A DNA stretch of 64,000 bases from NCBI RefSeq assembly GCF_009914755.1, contig NC_060947.1, one strand, 5' to 3'. This DNA is from the human T2T-CHM13v2.0 reference genome, Homo sapiens. The position numbers were made by a program, and so were the translations under genes. Shown here one piece after another: positions 24,980-42,008 of this stretch. Every line of letters begins with the position of its first letter. Position 1 is the first letter of the stretch. A model generated the notes under the pieces. That model did no database searches. It was not told the origin of the DNA and worked only from the letters and a program-made list of their open reading frames with translations.

Positions 24980-26090
24980 TGGACTTTATCTTAAAGGCAA
25001 AGGGAAGACACTAAACATTTTTAACTCGGGGAGTAACTAGATTAGTATTTTCAAAAGCTCATTTTGATAATAGTAAAGAGAATCGATCAGATTACAAACA
25101 GGGAAATAAGTCAGGAGACTGGTAGTGATCTTGGTAAGAGATGATGGCGACCTGCCCTAGAGTGATAGTAATGGGACTGGAGGAAACTGAATGGTTCAAA
25201 AGATATCCAGGAGGTAGAATATATGGGATTTTTTAGACATAGGTCATCAGGGTGAGGTACTGGACCACAGTTTCTCAACGCTGGCACTATTGATATTTGA
25301 GGCTGGATCATTCTTTGTTGTAAGGGAACGTCCTGTGCCGTGTAGGATGTTTAGCAACATCCCTAGCTTCCGCCTGCTAGATGCAAATATCACCTCTTTC
25401 CCCAGGGTGACAACCAAAACTTTCTCTAGACATCGACAAATGTTTCTGGATGCCAAAATGGGCTCTGGCTGAGAACTACTGGACCAGTCAATGATGATTT
25501 CCAAGATGTGGGCTTGGGTAACCCAGAAAGGGAACATGGAGAGGGGAGCAGATTTCAGTGGAGAGGAAAGCGGTGATTCACATACAGTTTTGGACATGTT
25601 GATTTTGAATTAATTGTAGGAAAGACAGTAGTAGGCAATTATAATAGTATGGGCTCTGAAGATCTGGCCTGGTGATAGCTTCTGAGCCTTTGGCATACAG
25701 ATGATGATCAATGGGAATGAGTAAAGTGAGAAGGGAACTGGGCTTAGGGTAGAAAGAACATGGAAGGTTCTCAACATTTAAGAAAGAAGAAAAATATATC
25801 AAGGGAACTCATAAGGGGTTATCAGAGAGGCAGGTGGAAAACTAGAAGAGTGAGGTGTCATGGAGAGCAAGGTAAGAGACGTAGAAGTAGCAGAAGCCTC
25901 TTATTGTGTCACGTGCTGCGAGAAGTCAATTACAATAAGGAATTCACTGGAGCTAGTGGGCAGGAAACTCTTAATCATCTTGGCAACAGCCATTTCAATT
26001 GAGTATTGGGGTAGGAAGCCAGACTGAAGTTGGTCAAGTGGTCTCTGGGAGGTCAAGAAGTAAAAGCAGAGAGATGAACTATTCTTTAGG
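24980..26090 (-). mobile_element. LINE-2 remnant interrupted by MER20
   Basis: AGATATCCAGGAGGTAGAAT, CAGTTTTGGACATGTTGA, TCTCAACATTTAAG, GAAGCCAGACTGAAG. Confidence 0.7.
25268..25480 (+). mobile_element. MER20, copy 5
   Basis: CAGTTTCTCAACGCTGGCACTATTGATATTTG...GTAGGATGTTTAGCAACATCCC...GCTGAGAACTACTG. Confidence 0.9.
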
Positions 26091-26157
26091 AAGATTTGTT
26101 GACAAAATTTTCTATTCAGTAGCTAGAGAACTAAGTGGGGCTGAGGGAAGATTTGTT

Positions 26158-26397
<240 letters not shown>

Positions 26398-26615
26398 GTT
26401 AATTTTAATTTTTAAAATTAAACTTGTAATTTTGACATAATGGTGGTAGATTCACATGTAGTTTTAAGAAATAATACTGAGAGATCCATGTACCCTGTAC
26501 TCAATTTCTCCCAATGATAACAGCTTTCAAAACTATAGTAGAAATATCAGAACCAGGATATTGACATTGATATAATCCACCAAACTTATTCAAAACTTCC
26601 CAAATTAACCTGTAC

Positions 26616-26617
<2 letters not shown>

Positions 26618-26653
<36 letters not shown>
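26618..26653. repeat. (TG)~18 microsatellite
   Basis: Direct reading. Confidence 0.95.
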
Positions 26654-26656
<3 letters not shown>

Positions 26657-26723
26657 CTCTATTTAGTTCTATGTAGTTTTATCATGTGTAGAGTTGGGTA
26701 TCCACCACCAGTCAAGATACAAA

Positions 26724-27135
<412 letters not shown>

Positions 27136-27939
27136 TCATTTAAAATGTTATATAAATGGAATCATAGAATACATAGCCTCATGGAATGGGCTTTTTACAC
27201 TCACCAAAGTTCCTGGAGATTCACCCAAGTTATTGTTTGTATCAATAGTTCATTCCTTTTTATTACTGAATAGTAGTCCATGGTATAGATGTATTATAGT
27301 TTGTTAAAACATTCACCCCATTGAAGAACATCCAGGTTGTTTCCAGTTGCTATAAACACTAGCTCACAGGGTTTTGTGTTTGCACACGTTTTCCTTTATC
27401 TGGGGTAAATGCCCAAGAGTGCAATTGCTGGGCCATATAGTATTTGCACTTTCAGTTTTATGAGAAACTGCCAAAATGTTTTCTAGAGTGGCTGTACCAT
27501 TTTACGTTCTCACTAGCAGTGTAGGAGTGATTCAGTTTCTCTGCATCTTCATCAGGATTTGATGTAGTCTCTTTTTTTTTTTTTTTTAGTCATTCTGAGA
27601 GATACATAGTAATATTACATTGCGGTTTTTATTTGCATTTTTCTAATGACTAACGATGTTGAACATCTTTCCTATGATTACCTGCCATCTTCAGTGAAAC
27701 AGCTGTGTATGTCTTTTGCCCATTTTCTTTTTTTTTCTGTTGACTTTTGAGAGTTCTGGATTCTATATACTTGCCCTCGAGAGTTCTGTATTCTATATAC
27801 TCCTTGGATATGTTATTTGCAAGTATTTTACCTCAGCAGCCTATAGCTTTTCTTTTCACAGGTTCTTCGACGAGTGAAAGTTTTAATTTCAATGAGGTTC
27901 AGGTTATCACTTTTTTTCTTTTATGACTCATCATTTTGT

Positions 27940-28294
<355 letters not shown>

Positions 28295-29029
28295 TAATAA
28301 TTCTTCACTCTAGCCCTAGGTCTATTTTATCCTATATACTTTGTAAAAGTTTTTATAGTTTTATGTTTTATACTTAACTCCATGAGCCATTTAGTTAATT
28401 TTTGTATAATATATAAAGTTTAGGTAAAAGCTTTTTAGAAAAACCTATAAATGTCCAATTGCTTCAGTACAGTTTATTAAAAAGTATCTTTAATTTTTTT
28501 TAAGATGTAAAAGATTTGAGGATATATAAAGGCTGATGGAAAGTAGCTATTGGAAAAGCATGAGGTCAAGGGCAGACAAATCCAGGAGTAATAGTGGCAC
28601 AGGTCCTTGAGAAGGTGAGAGGGAATGAGGTCCAGTTTCATCACTTTAGGTATAATGTGTGACAAGTGCAAAGAAGAGGAAGAGTTTCATTGTCATATTT
28701 TCGTCTTGTCAGAATCATTTGGGATTATGGGGATTATAGTCGGAATTGCAATTTTGAGAAACTCACAATATATTTGATTCATCTTTCCTTCTCGAATCTC
28801 ATACTATAGAATCATGTCAATCTTTTACTCAAATCTCATAGGGGTCAATAAATTCAATCCCATGGTTATTAATTTAGTATATACTTCATGTTCAATATGT
28901 AGTAAGTGACATGGGGAGTTGCCACATAGTACATGATTCTGCTCTTGAGGTGTTTATAATCAAGTTGAGAAAGCTGAAAGCAGTTAAAGAAATCAAAGAA
29001 AATGTATAAATATGTTGAAGTGCTAAAAA

Positions 29030-29351
29030 CAGGTCCCCAGTTTCTTATCCAAAACATTTAGAGCCAGATGACCTTCAGGATTGAGAATTTTTTCCATTTT
29101 AGAGAAGTAATATGGTTTGAAAACTGTGTAATATGAATCAATGCCAGTGGGACAAGGCCACAGCTCCCAATAATCAAACTCTATATATATTAAAATACAT
29201 ATAAAATAAAATCTAAATATAATAAACGAAGACTGTAAATACAATAGGTTTGCTGCCAAATTAATTTGAACTGAACTTAAGAGGAAAAACAAAAGTTCTG
29301 TTTTTATGAGATGTTTGGGTTTCAGGATTGTGGGAAGGCATCGTGGACTTT
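29030..29351. mobile_element. MER46C-like (TcMar-Tigger) MITE
   Basis: Decayed TIRs CAGGTCCCCAGTTTCTTATCC ... GGATTGTGGGAAGGCATCGTGGAC. Confidence 0.65.
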
Positions 29352-29449
29352 TTTCCTGGGTATTAACTGATACAGGGAAAGGAAATGAGTATTTATGGTA
29401 TAGGTAGAAACTTCCCATTTGTTTTCAGCCATAGAATCTGAGACTCAAA

Positions 29450-29723
29450 ACAAGTAGCAACTCAGCATCATCTGGAAACTTGTAGGAAATGCAAATATCA
29501 GGGTCTACCCCAGACCTACTTGAGTGAAAAATCTATGGGTTGGGTTCCAGTAACCTGTGTTTTAACAGTGAATTCTGATGCACACTAACAATTTTTTTAT
29601 TGTGTATATATAAGGTATACAGTATGATGCTTCGTCATATATATGCATAGTGAGATAGTGACTATAGTAAAGCAAATTCATATATCCATCCTCTCGCGTA
29701 GCTACCCTTTTCTGCTGAGAACC
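29450..29723. mobile_element. MER5A split by a short minus-strand L1MA 3' end (29590-29712)
   Basis: GAAATGCAAAT..CCCCAGACCTACT...TTCTGATGCACACTAA | L1 TTTTATTGTGTATATATAAGGTATAC... | TGAGAACCA. Confidence 0.75.
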
Positions 29724-29890
29724 ATTTATATAACAAGTAGGGGACGGAGAACCAGGAGTCAAATTCAGGTATTTCTGACTCAAAACTGAATGGGTTTTTG
29801 ATGCTGTTTCCCTTGCTCTCAAAGTAGAATGAAGCAAGAGATTGATGTAAGCTCAGATGATAATGGTGACTTTAAAGAAGGTATGTTGAA

Positions 29891-30058
29891 ATATACTTCA
29901 CTTTAATCTAATAGATAAGAACAAAATAATTTTGTAATAGACACTCCTAGAAAACTATTCTGTCTCTTAATTATATATACTTCACTTTAATCTAATAGAT
30001 AAGAACAAAATAATTTTTATAATATACACCCCTAGAAAATTAGTCTGTCTTATTTATA
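29891..30058. repeat. 84-bp tandem duplication, two diverged copies
   Basis: ATATACTTCACTTTAATCTAATAGATAAGAACAAAATAATTTT starts at both 29891 and 29975. Confidence 0.95.
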
Positions 30059-30869
30059 GCAGGAAAAAATTTGCATTGTAAAGTCCCTGTTTTATTTCCT
30101 CCATGTTAACATCTAGAAGATGGTACAATTTATTTTGCTATTTCTCTAAGATGAAGGTAGTAATTTAGCTTAATTGTGAAAATTAAGAGTTAGAAGCTGT
30201 GGAAGGAAAAGAGGTTCTCAAATATTCCTAAGATGGTTATTGATCTATTATTTGGTATCTTTGATTTGTATCAAAGATATGTATTTTCCTGATAACTTCA
30301 CATGCCTTGCTTTCTACTTTAGCATAATTCTTAGTGTACATGTTGACAAACTTAAGAAAAAAATCCAATTGAAAACCATTACAATATCCTTTTGCCAGTA
30401 AACAATGGTTATTTGTGTGGTTCCAGCTCTACTGGGAAGGCAAGAGTCCATATCAATTAGGAGACTACAGGTTTTTACTTAAAAGGTAAGTAAAGACCCA
30501 GAGGAAAGGGGGAAATTGAGGACACTGATCATTTTGCTTCTTATTCACTGTCAAACAGGATGATTTAGTTCTGAAAGTGAGCAGGTAGCCATCAATATGG
30601 ATGTGCTTAGAATGAGACCTAGCAAAATACAAACCTAATAGTCCCTTAGGATATGTCCCAATAACTCAGTGTCATATTGATCTCCTTCAAAAAGGAATAC
30701 TGTGTAGGAAAATAAATCACTGTAGAAACAAAATGGTAAGAAATGGTACAAGACTCACACTGCCTTTGAATTCTCTTTTTACCATGGTGAGTAAAACTTT
30801 GTTCTAAGGGATGAAATGAATATAATCCAGTAACTTCTAATAGCAATTAATCATATCAGTTTAGGGCAG

Positions 30870-31702
<833 letters not shown>

Positions 31703-31729
31703 AGGAGCTTAAGAATTATACCTCTGATT

Positions 31730-34345
<2,616 letters not shown>

Positions 34346-35313
34346 TGGTTACTCTGCAATTTCAGCTCTACAGGGGGTTCAGGAAAAGTCATAAATTTGA
34401 AGTGACTTTGATTATTTTTTCATCCTAAGAATGGGAGGAATGCTCTTTTAAACTCTACATCACAACTAGAAGCCAGAAGTGGAAAAACTTTGATTTTAAG
34501 TTTAAGGAGGTAACACAAGTTTAACTGGGAAATTAAGGTCAAAAGGATATACTTACATTATTCTGGAATAAACAGAGCTGCATTGTATAGAGACACAATG
34601 TACAGGGAGATTAATGGAGATAAACACATCACTTTCTTTGAGTAGTCTCCTTTAATTTTTTTCATGCCAAGTGACTAGCTCTCTTCCAGATGTTCCCAGA
34701 CAACTTTGCCTATAATTTACGGTGCTGATATTACACTGCTTTATCATTATTAGTTAATCACAGGTTGTATATTTGAATTCTTATGAGATCATAGAGATTA
34801 TGTAAATAGATCTTGCCAAACATAACACAACGGGAGGAGTGGAGTCAGTGCATGCTATGCCCTACTTTAAGGTAGTTAAAATTAAAACTCATATGTGTGT
34901 GTGAAATGGAGCTTATGGTCCCCAATTCAATCTGTGTGGTGTGTGGCTGTAGATTCTGTAAGCAGTGGTCAGCATAGTGCCAGCAGCAACACCTAGCAGG
35001 TGTTTGTTTGACATTTATTGAGTGAATGAGTGAATGTCACAGAATCTGGCAGGAGATCCAAAGCAATAACAATTAGATTAAAACAGATTGTTTTCTTTTC
35101 TTATAATCTTTGGGAACCCCAGTGGCTTTTTTTAATATCTTATGGAACTTCTTGTCCCATCACAGGTTTTGACAGTTTCTACATCTACATGTCATGAGGA
35201 ACCAAAATTGAAATAAAATTAAAATAATTGAAATAATAAAGGATGAGGCTCAATTTCCTAAAGTAGCACATGGACTATTTTTACATCAGTTGTTGAGTCA
35301 AATGATGACATAG

Positions 35314-35630
<317 letters not shown>

Positions 35631-37069
35631 GAATATTTACTTTTTTGCCATGTAATATACCTAGTTTGGTTTGGTGAATGGCAGAGAGATATTTCCTTAA
35701 GATTAAAAATTACCTAAGCACCACTCATGTTCATCTGCATTATCTCACAAATTCTTGTAGGCTATGGGACTATTTAAAGGGAGATATTTCAGAGAATTGA
35801 AAGAGGTAGAATGGCTGTTTTAAGCTGCCATTCATTCCTAAAGGGTGATATGGAATTTTAGATTAAGATCAATACTTGGAGGTACATGCAGAGGTGACAA
35901 AGTAGAATCTAAGAACTGCCCTGGAGTCTAAACTGGGTGAGACTTCAGTTTTTAAGAAAAACTGAAGGAACAGCAAGATATTTTTTTTTTGTACTTCTCA
36001 GTTGTCATTTTTTCTCTAAAGGACTGAGGAACTTTTCTTGAGGTAGAGTGGGAGCAAAAGGAAAATTATAGGTTAGGAGATAAAAAGCCTTTTGGGCAGA
36101 GGAAAGACTGTGGTAATGGAGCCAGCAGATCTCAAGGTGGGAAGGATACATTTATATAGAAGGAAAAACCCAGCTCTAACAAAGAATTCCCCAGGGCAGG
36201 TAAGACAGAAGAATAAATTAGGTACAAAGTACAAGAATCCCTGAAAAATTGTAATGTGAATGTAACCACCTGTTTTCTCTGAGCTAGACATTCCACATCC
36301 ACTTAGCTCATGATCACCCATAATTACCATGACACTGGCCAAGTTTACATTAGTCAGTCAACACCGTGTGTTTTCTATCTCTGTTACTGATACTTAAAAA
36401 AAATAAATAAAGGCTTCTTGTTCATGCTTCTGTTTACCCTACTGTCTGTAGTTCTTTTCTCTGGTTTGCTTCTTAGTATCCAAAAAAATCCAAAACAAAA
36501 CAAAACAAAACAAACCTGGTCTGCAGTAAAATTTATCTGAGTCAGTTTCAACCCAGTGTTTCAAATACCACACATCCACACCACCAAAGCATTCCTTATT
36601 TCTTGATGTAATTAATATATCTTTATGCCAAGTTAATTTGAAATCTTGCTTCAATTTTCCCTTCATGTGATTAGGCACTTAAGAATTAGGTCTCACAGGC
36701 CGATTTACATAAATAATGAAGTTGATTTATGCTTTCCATGTTGGCTTTTCCCTCTATTGTGTAAATAAATGTTGTAATATACATGCAGCCTTCATTGCAA
36801 GTCCTTTACCTTTTCTAGCACTTACAAATATTAACACTGAAATACTAAAGAGTTCTGGCTTTCATGGGTACATTGCTGCCACATCTTATCAGTTCACAAA
36901 GGAAGAAATGTGAATTTCATGTGAAAAGGCAGGGTTTGGGAGGATGCTATTTATAAATGACAATGGCTGAAAAGCTAATGTGTTGATCAGACTTCTACAG
37001 CTTTGGAAAATAATGGAGGCAATCTCCCTCTGCATGGTTGTCACTGTCGAGCCCAGGACATAAATCCAC

Positions 37070-37310
37070 AGCATTTAAGATGACAAGACCTTGTATTTAC
37101 ATAGAGACTTTCTCCAAGGAATTCACATCACTTCTTAGGAATGGCTCCATTAATTCTTATAGCTTAGGGAACTAGAGTGGAAAGATATATCTTTATGGGC
37201 AGTTGTCATAAATGAAGAAACCATGCCTGAGGTAGATTTGTAACTTTCTCAAGGTCACTAGCCAAACTGAATTACCAGAAGCGTGGAAATCCAGAGTAGT
37301 ATCAATTTCC
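37070..37310 (-). mobile_element. MIR remnant (donor of the 37228/38831 duplication)
   Basis: CATTAATTCTTATAGC...ATAAATGAAGAAAC...GTAACTTTCTCAAGGTCAC. Confidence 0.6.
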
Positions 37311-37431
37311 CATGTTGGGGGAGGAATGTGTGTGTCACATGGGGTTGGCGAGGAACATGGCTTTTCAGAAACTGTCTTCTATCATTTTTACTCCTCTATG
37401 TCATCTGTGACTGAGAGACATTGTCTTTGGT

Positions 37432-37735
37432 TAGCTTTTCCCAAACCACGATCCTCTGAACACTGGGATATGCAAGACACCAATAGACCTTCACAAAGAA
37501 GAAAAGCCTCCCGTGGCCAAATAAGTTTGAGAACTGCTTCATGCTGTAACCACTCCTTGGTGATTCATAATTCCTATTAGTGCAGTTAAAGCTCTGAGAA
37601 GCCCTGTAGTGAAGATTACCTAAGTTTGCTTAGTACACAGTCCCCCACACTTACTTGACCATGGAAGTGAAGCTTTCTTTATACAGCAACTTTTAATGAT
37701 TTATAGAACTGCTTTTCAGTGGATCAACGGGGAAA
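37432..37735. mobile_element. hAT-Charlie remnant (Charlie4-like)
   Basis: TTTCCCAAAC, CCGTGGCCAAATAAGTTTGAGAACTGC, AAAGCTCTGAGAAGCCCTGTAG, and the inverted CACTTACTTGACCATGGAA. Confidence 0.55.
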
Positions 37736-39529
37736 TATATTTCTTCGATAAAAGCTCTGGGGAGGAAATGCTGCTCTAAATTACCTTTTGTTCTTTGATA
37801 TTGCTGGGCGCACCCTCTGTATTGAGGCCTCATTCACAGATGACTTGGGTGGTGTTTGAGCCTTTGAGATGCAGCAGATACTCTCAGTGCTGAAAGCTAA
37901 GGTTCTATGGGAGGAATGAAATGGTGTTGGAAAATGACCCAGGAGCAATGCCATAGCCTTGTGCTCCAATCTCCTTCCCATACCTGCCTAGCTCTGGTTT
38001 ATTATACACTGTGATATGGGGACATTTACTTGGAATGATGGCACAGTGTGCTGTGTGCTGGGCACTGAGGCAATGAACAATCACAGATCAAATAGCAAAT
38101 CTGGTACAGACCAAGCACCAAGGAGGAGCCAAGAACCAATGGGACAAGAACTAACAGGAGTTTAGCACTGTGGTGCAGAAGAGTATGGCTCTGGAAATTC
38201 AGGGGACTACAGAAAATGGGGAGACAAGAAATATGTCATTCAGACAGAGCAGTAAGAATTTTACGTAGACCAAACCTTAATAGACTGTCATGGGGCATCC
38301 CAGGTAAGGTTTCAGGGCAAGGGCAGGGTTCAAGATGAAATCCCACCAAGAGGTTTCATTCAGGTTGCTCTTGTACATTGGTTAGGCAAGTCAGCAATAG
38401 CATGTTTTAGTCATTGTCTTACAGGCTGTGATAAAAATGCTGCTTTGAAAGTTGCTAACTGAAAACTACTTGGAAAACAGGTGTCTGAGATAGAGACCAA
38501 TAACCAGCAGAAACTTATTTTTTTATAGGAAAAAACACTACGTTGAAATGATCAGCTGTCTTAATAAAAAAGATAGGGTGAGAATGCATAGATGTTGGGT
38601 CACGTTCAGATGCTAATTCTCCTTCCCTCCTTTCTCCTAGCCAATCAATGATGTCCTCTCTCCAAACATACAGATCTCTACCTTGCTCGAGCGAAGCAGG
38701 AGCTCTTGTTCTCTAAATGCTATTTTAACTCTTTTGGAATTAGATAAGAAGGGAGGCACCTGGAGGATAGTATTGGAAAGTGACAGGAGGCCGAGTGGGG
38801 GGGACTAAGAGGGTAAATTGGGGCCAGTTATGAGGTAGGTTTGTAAGTTTCTCAAGGTTACTGTGGCCAAATTGAATTACCAGAAGTGTGGAATCCTAGA
38901 GCAATTATCAATTTCCCACGTGGGGAAGAACTAAGAGGAGGACTTTGGCTCTCATTAGAGAGTTATACCTCATGTCATGAGTTTTTTGTTGTCTGGAATT
39001 TTGTTTGGATGTTGTCTGTGGGGTTTCTGTTTGTTTGGATTTTGTTGTCTGGAAATGAGGGGCCGGCAAAGTTTTGAAGTTGGATTGTGGCATTATTGGT
39101 TAAATACCTGAACCTGCTCAGGTATTTAACCACTCTTGCATTGCCCTCACCCTATCATTCCCACCAAATGAAGGACCCTCTTCTCTGGGAAATAGCCTGG
39201 GCCATACGGAGAAAGAAGTAAATAAGATAGGTAATCATATTTAGTGAGTCTTAGGTCATGTTTAAACATGGTAAGTAAATGAGATTACTATATGTATTTT
39301 CTTTGATTATAGTAATAACCAAGAGGTAGGTTATTATTGTTATAATCAATTATAATGCACAATAAGCAAATGCAGAAAATTTAATATTAGGCCAGCCAGA
39401 AATTTTGTTGGGTTTACTTAAGAGTAGGTTTTCTTAAGAGCAGAGAGACCATTCTCTCCTGGGCTGGTGACCCTGAAGATAAATTGGGCTGTCTGATGGC
39501 CTTTAATTCCACACATATACTATGCATGG

Positions 39530-39942
39530 GTGTGTAAGTCCAATCCTCTAAGAAGCAGATGTCAAGACAGGATTAAATATACACGGCTTTTGGAGCTGAG
39601 AAAGGCTGAGAGAGCCATTAGGCCACAATGCAAGTGTGACCTGAGCGAAGGGGAGGACAAGAGATTTGGTGAAAAAATTTTAGACTGGCGTGCAGTCAAA
39701 AAAAAGGTTTGACAAGGTTGTCAGGATGTCCCCCAGCCAACCTTGGCCATCAGAGGTATTCTATGTCTCTTAGGAATGTGACTGCCTTACTTAGTACCCA
39801 TACTAGGCTCAGTCATTGGTGAGGAGCAGCCTGTGGGAGGTGTGCCCTGCACAAATACAGTAATGAATTTCAAAGTCCAGCAGCTAGAGCCCAGGTCCCC
39901 AGTAGCTGGAAGTCAGAAAGGTGCATTCTATTGGCTGCAACA
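39530..39942 (-). mobile_element. ERVL-type solo LTR (LTR33/LTR41-like)
   Basis: AGAAGCAGATGTCAAGACAGGATT...CTCAGTCATTGG.GAGGAGCAGCC...GGCTGCAACA. Confidence 0.55.
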
Positions 39943-40822
39943 ATCTATATGATTCAAGCTTCCCCTGAGACTCTACTTCTACTTGTTGCATTCAGAGGGA
40001 GAGTTTCACAAAGAAGGAGAGACTTGTGTTTAGAAATGGGAGGATGAGGGCAATTCAGAGATGGTCAGGTCGGTAACATATGAACATGCCACTTGACTGC
40101 TTAAGTAGACTAGGCTGATTTGCAGCTCATTTTAATATATTCTGAAAACTCCATGGCATCTAATGTCTTCTTGCTTAAAAAGAGAAGTGATTTTACAGAG
40201 AGGGAAAAGGTAAAATGTTATTTTCAATTTCTAGGAAAAGTTGTCAGATTCAGGAAGTTTTTGACACTTCATTATAGGTAGAAGCACTTTGTGTAGTCTC
40301 TTTACATTTTATACTCAAGATAACTTTTGGACTGATACAATTGTTCTAAAATAATGCTGCTGTCAAATAAGAGGCAAAAACAATTAGACAGAAGACACTT
40401 TTGTTTGAAATCAGTATGACTGCATAAAATATATTAATAAAACATAGTGAATAATCTCGATCTCTTGATAAATTGCCCGCTCTGCAGAGCATGGGCAGCT
40501 CTTGTAGCATCTATTGAGAAAACAAAGAAATCCTGTCAAGATGACATCTGCTTCTTCTGTGGAACATGTTAGGAGTCATGAGGTTTTGAATATGATGCAG
40601 TTAGCAGCATCATGTACTTAATAAGCTGGCATGGATGAATGCTTGCCTTCCTTTTGGGGCCTCCACAGATTCTAGAATGCCGCTCGCGTTTGGATTTACC
40701 TGAAAATCAGCATGGCACTTAGCTTAAAGAAGCCGATTGAAAGTGCTATCCCCAACCTGGCATGTCAGAGGGTGCTGCTGGCTGCGTGCCAATTAACTGT
40801 GGTAAGATGGGGCTGGGGTGGC

Positions 40823-41292
40823 GTAACAGTTAACTGTGGCCACAATAATGTGTATAACAAACAACCACAGCATCAAACAACAAAACGGCAAAAAACGTAT
40901 CAGCAAACAACAAAAAGTGAGTATTTGGCTCACAAATCTGGGGGTTGCATGGGGTCAGCTGATCTGGGCTGGGTTCAGCTGGGGCAATTTGGTTTTGTTC
41001 TATGTGTTTTTCATCTTCCTCCTGGGATCAGTGGGATAGTCTAGGTACGTTCCTCTCATTTGCCATCTTGTGATAGCAAAGACACGAGAGAAAGCAGAAA
41101 CACAAGTTCTTTTAAGGCCAAGGCTTGGAAATGACATACTGTCACTTCTGCCTCATTTACTTGGCCAAAGCAAGTCACATGGCCAAAATGACAGTCAAGA
41201 GTCAGAGCAGTATATTCTGCCCATCAAGCGGCCATGGCAAGGATGTGGATGCAGACAGTTGTGATGAATTGAAGCAAAATAGGCAGTTTACC
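40823..41292 (-). mobile_element. MaLR LTR (MLT1I/J/K-like)
   Basis: GTATAACAAACAACCAC...GTCAGCTGATCTGGGCTGGG...CTGTCACTTCTGCC...TTGGCCAAAGCAAGTCACATGGCC. Confidence 0.8.
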
Positions 41293-41402
41293 AGAGGAAC
41301 AAATTAGACCTGTCCACTTTGATCTTTTGTTTAATCCAAGTTACCTAGGAAAACTCTAGGTGACTCAGCCCCAAGCAGGGTACAAGTTCTTGACTCTCCT
41401 TC

Positions 41403-41820
41403 TGTGGTAGAAGCTGTTAGCCATTCACTAAAATTCATAGCCACTTCTTGGGAACACAGCTTTGCTGCCTTTCATGTGAGGTCATGTGACTGAGTTATAG
41501 CCAATGAAATGTGAGTGAAAATTTCATGTCTGGCCCAATAAACTTTCCTATTCATGTGTCTCTATGAGCTTTTTCTCTTCCATCTGACAAAGATGACGAT
41601 ACCTCAGGTTATCTCAGAGCCATATGTTGAAGGCGGCACAGATGTTGTCAACCTAGTTTCCCAGATGATTGTCTGGAAATAGAGCAACTCCACCTCATTC
41701 TGCCCTAAGCCTGTACTTACTTTGGACTATTATATGGTGAGAGAAATGAACTTTCATTGTGTTGAACCATTATAGTTTTGGATCATTTAACAGCTTGCTT
41801 AGACCGCCCTAACTAATACA
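41403..41820 (+). mobile_element. MaLR LTR (MLT1J-like)
   Basis: TGTGGTAGA start; GGTCATGTGACTGAGTTATAGCCAATGAAATGTGAG; end CCTAACTAATACA. Confidence 0.75.
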
Positions 41821-41962
41821 TCTGTCATATCTCCATCTTGCTCCTTACCTCCTGTACCTGTTTACTCCTGACCTCTGGCTCACTTATTCTCAGCTTTAGA
41901 TTTGACTTTTCAACATGATAATAAAATAATGTCTTCCTTTCAGACTCTTATTCCTTCTTCCT

Positions 41963-41966
<4 letters not shown>

Positions 41967-42005
<39 letters not shown>
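41967..42005. repeat. Poly(T) ~39 nt, not attached to an Alu or L1
   Basis: Direct reading; the paralogous site near 44080-44093 reads AACAATTTTTATTT. Confidence 0.95.
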
Positions 42006-42008
<3 letters not shown>

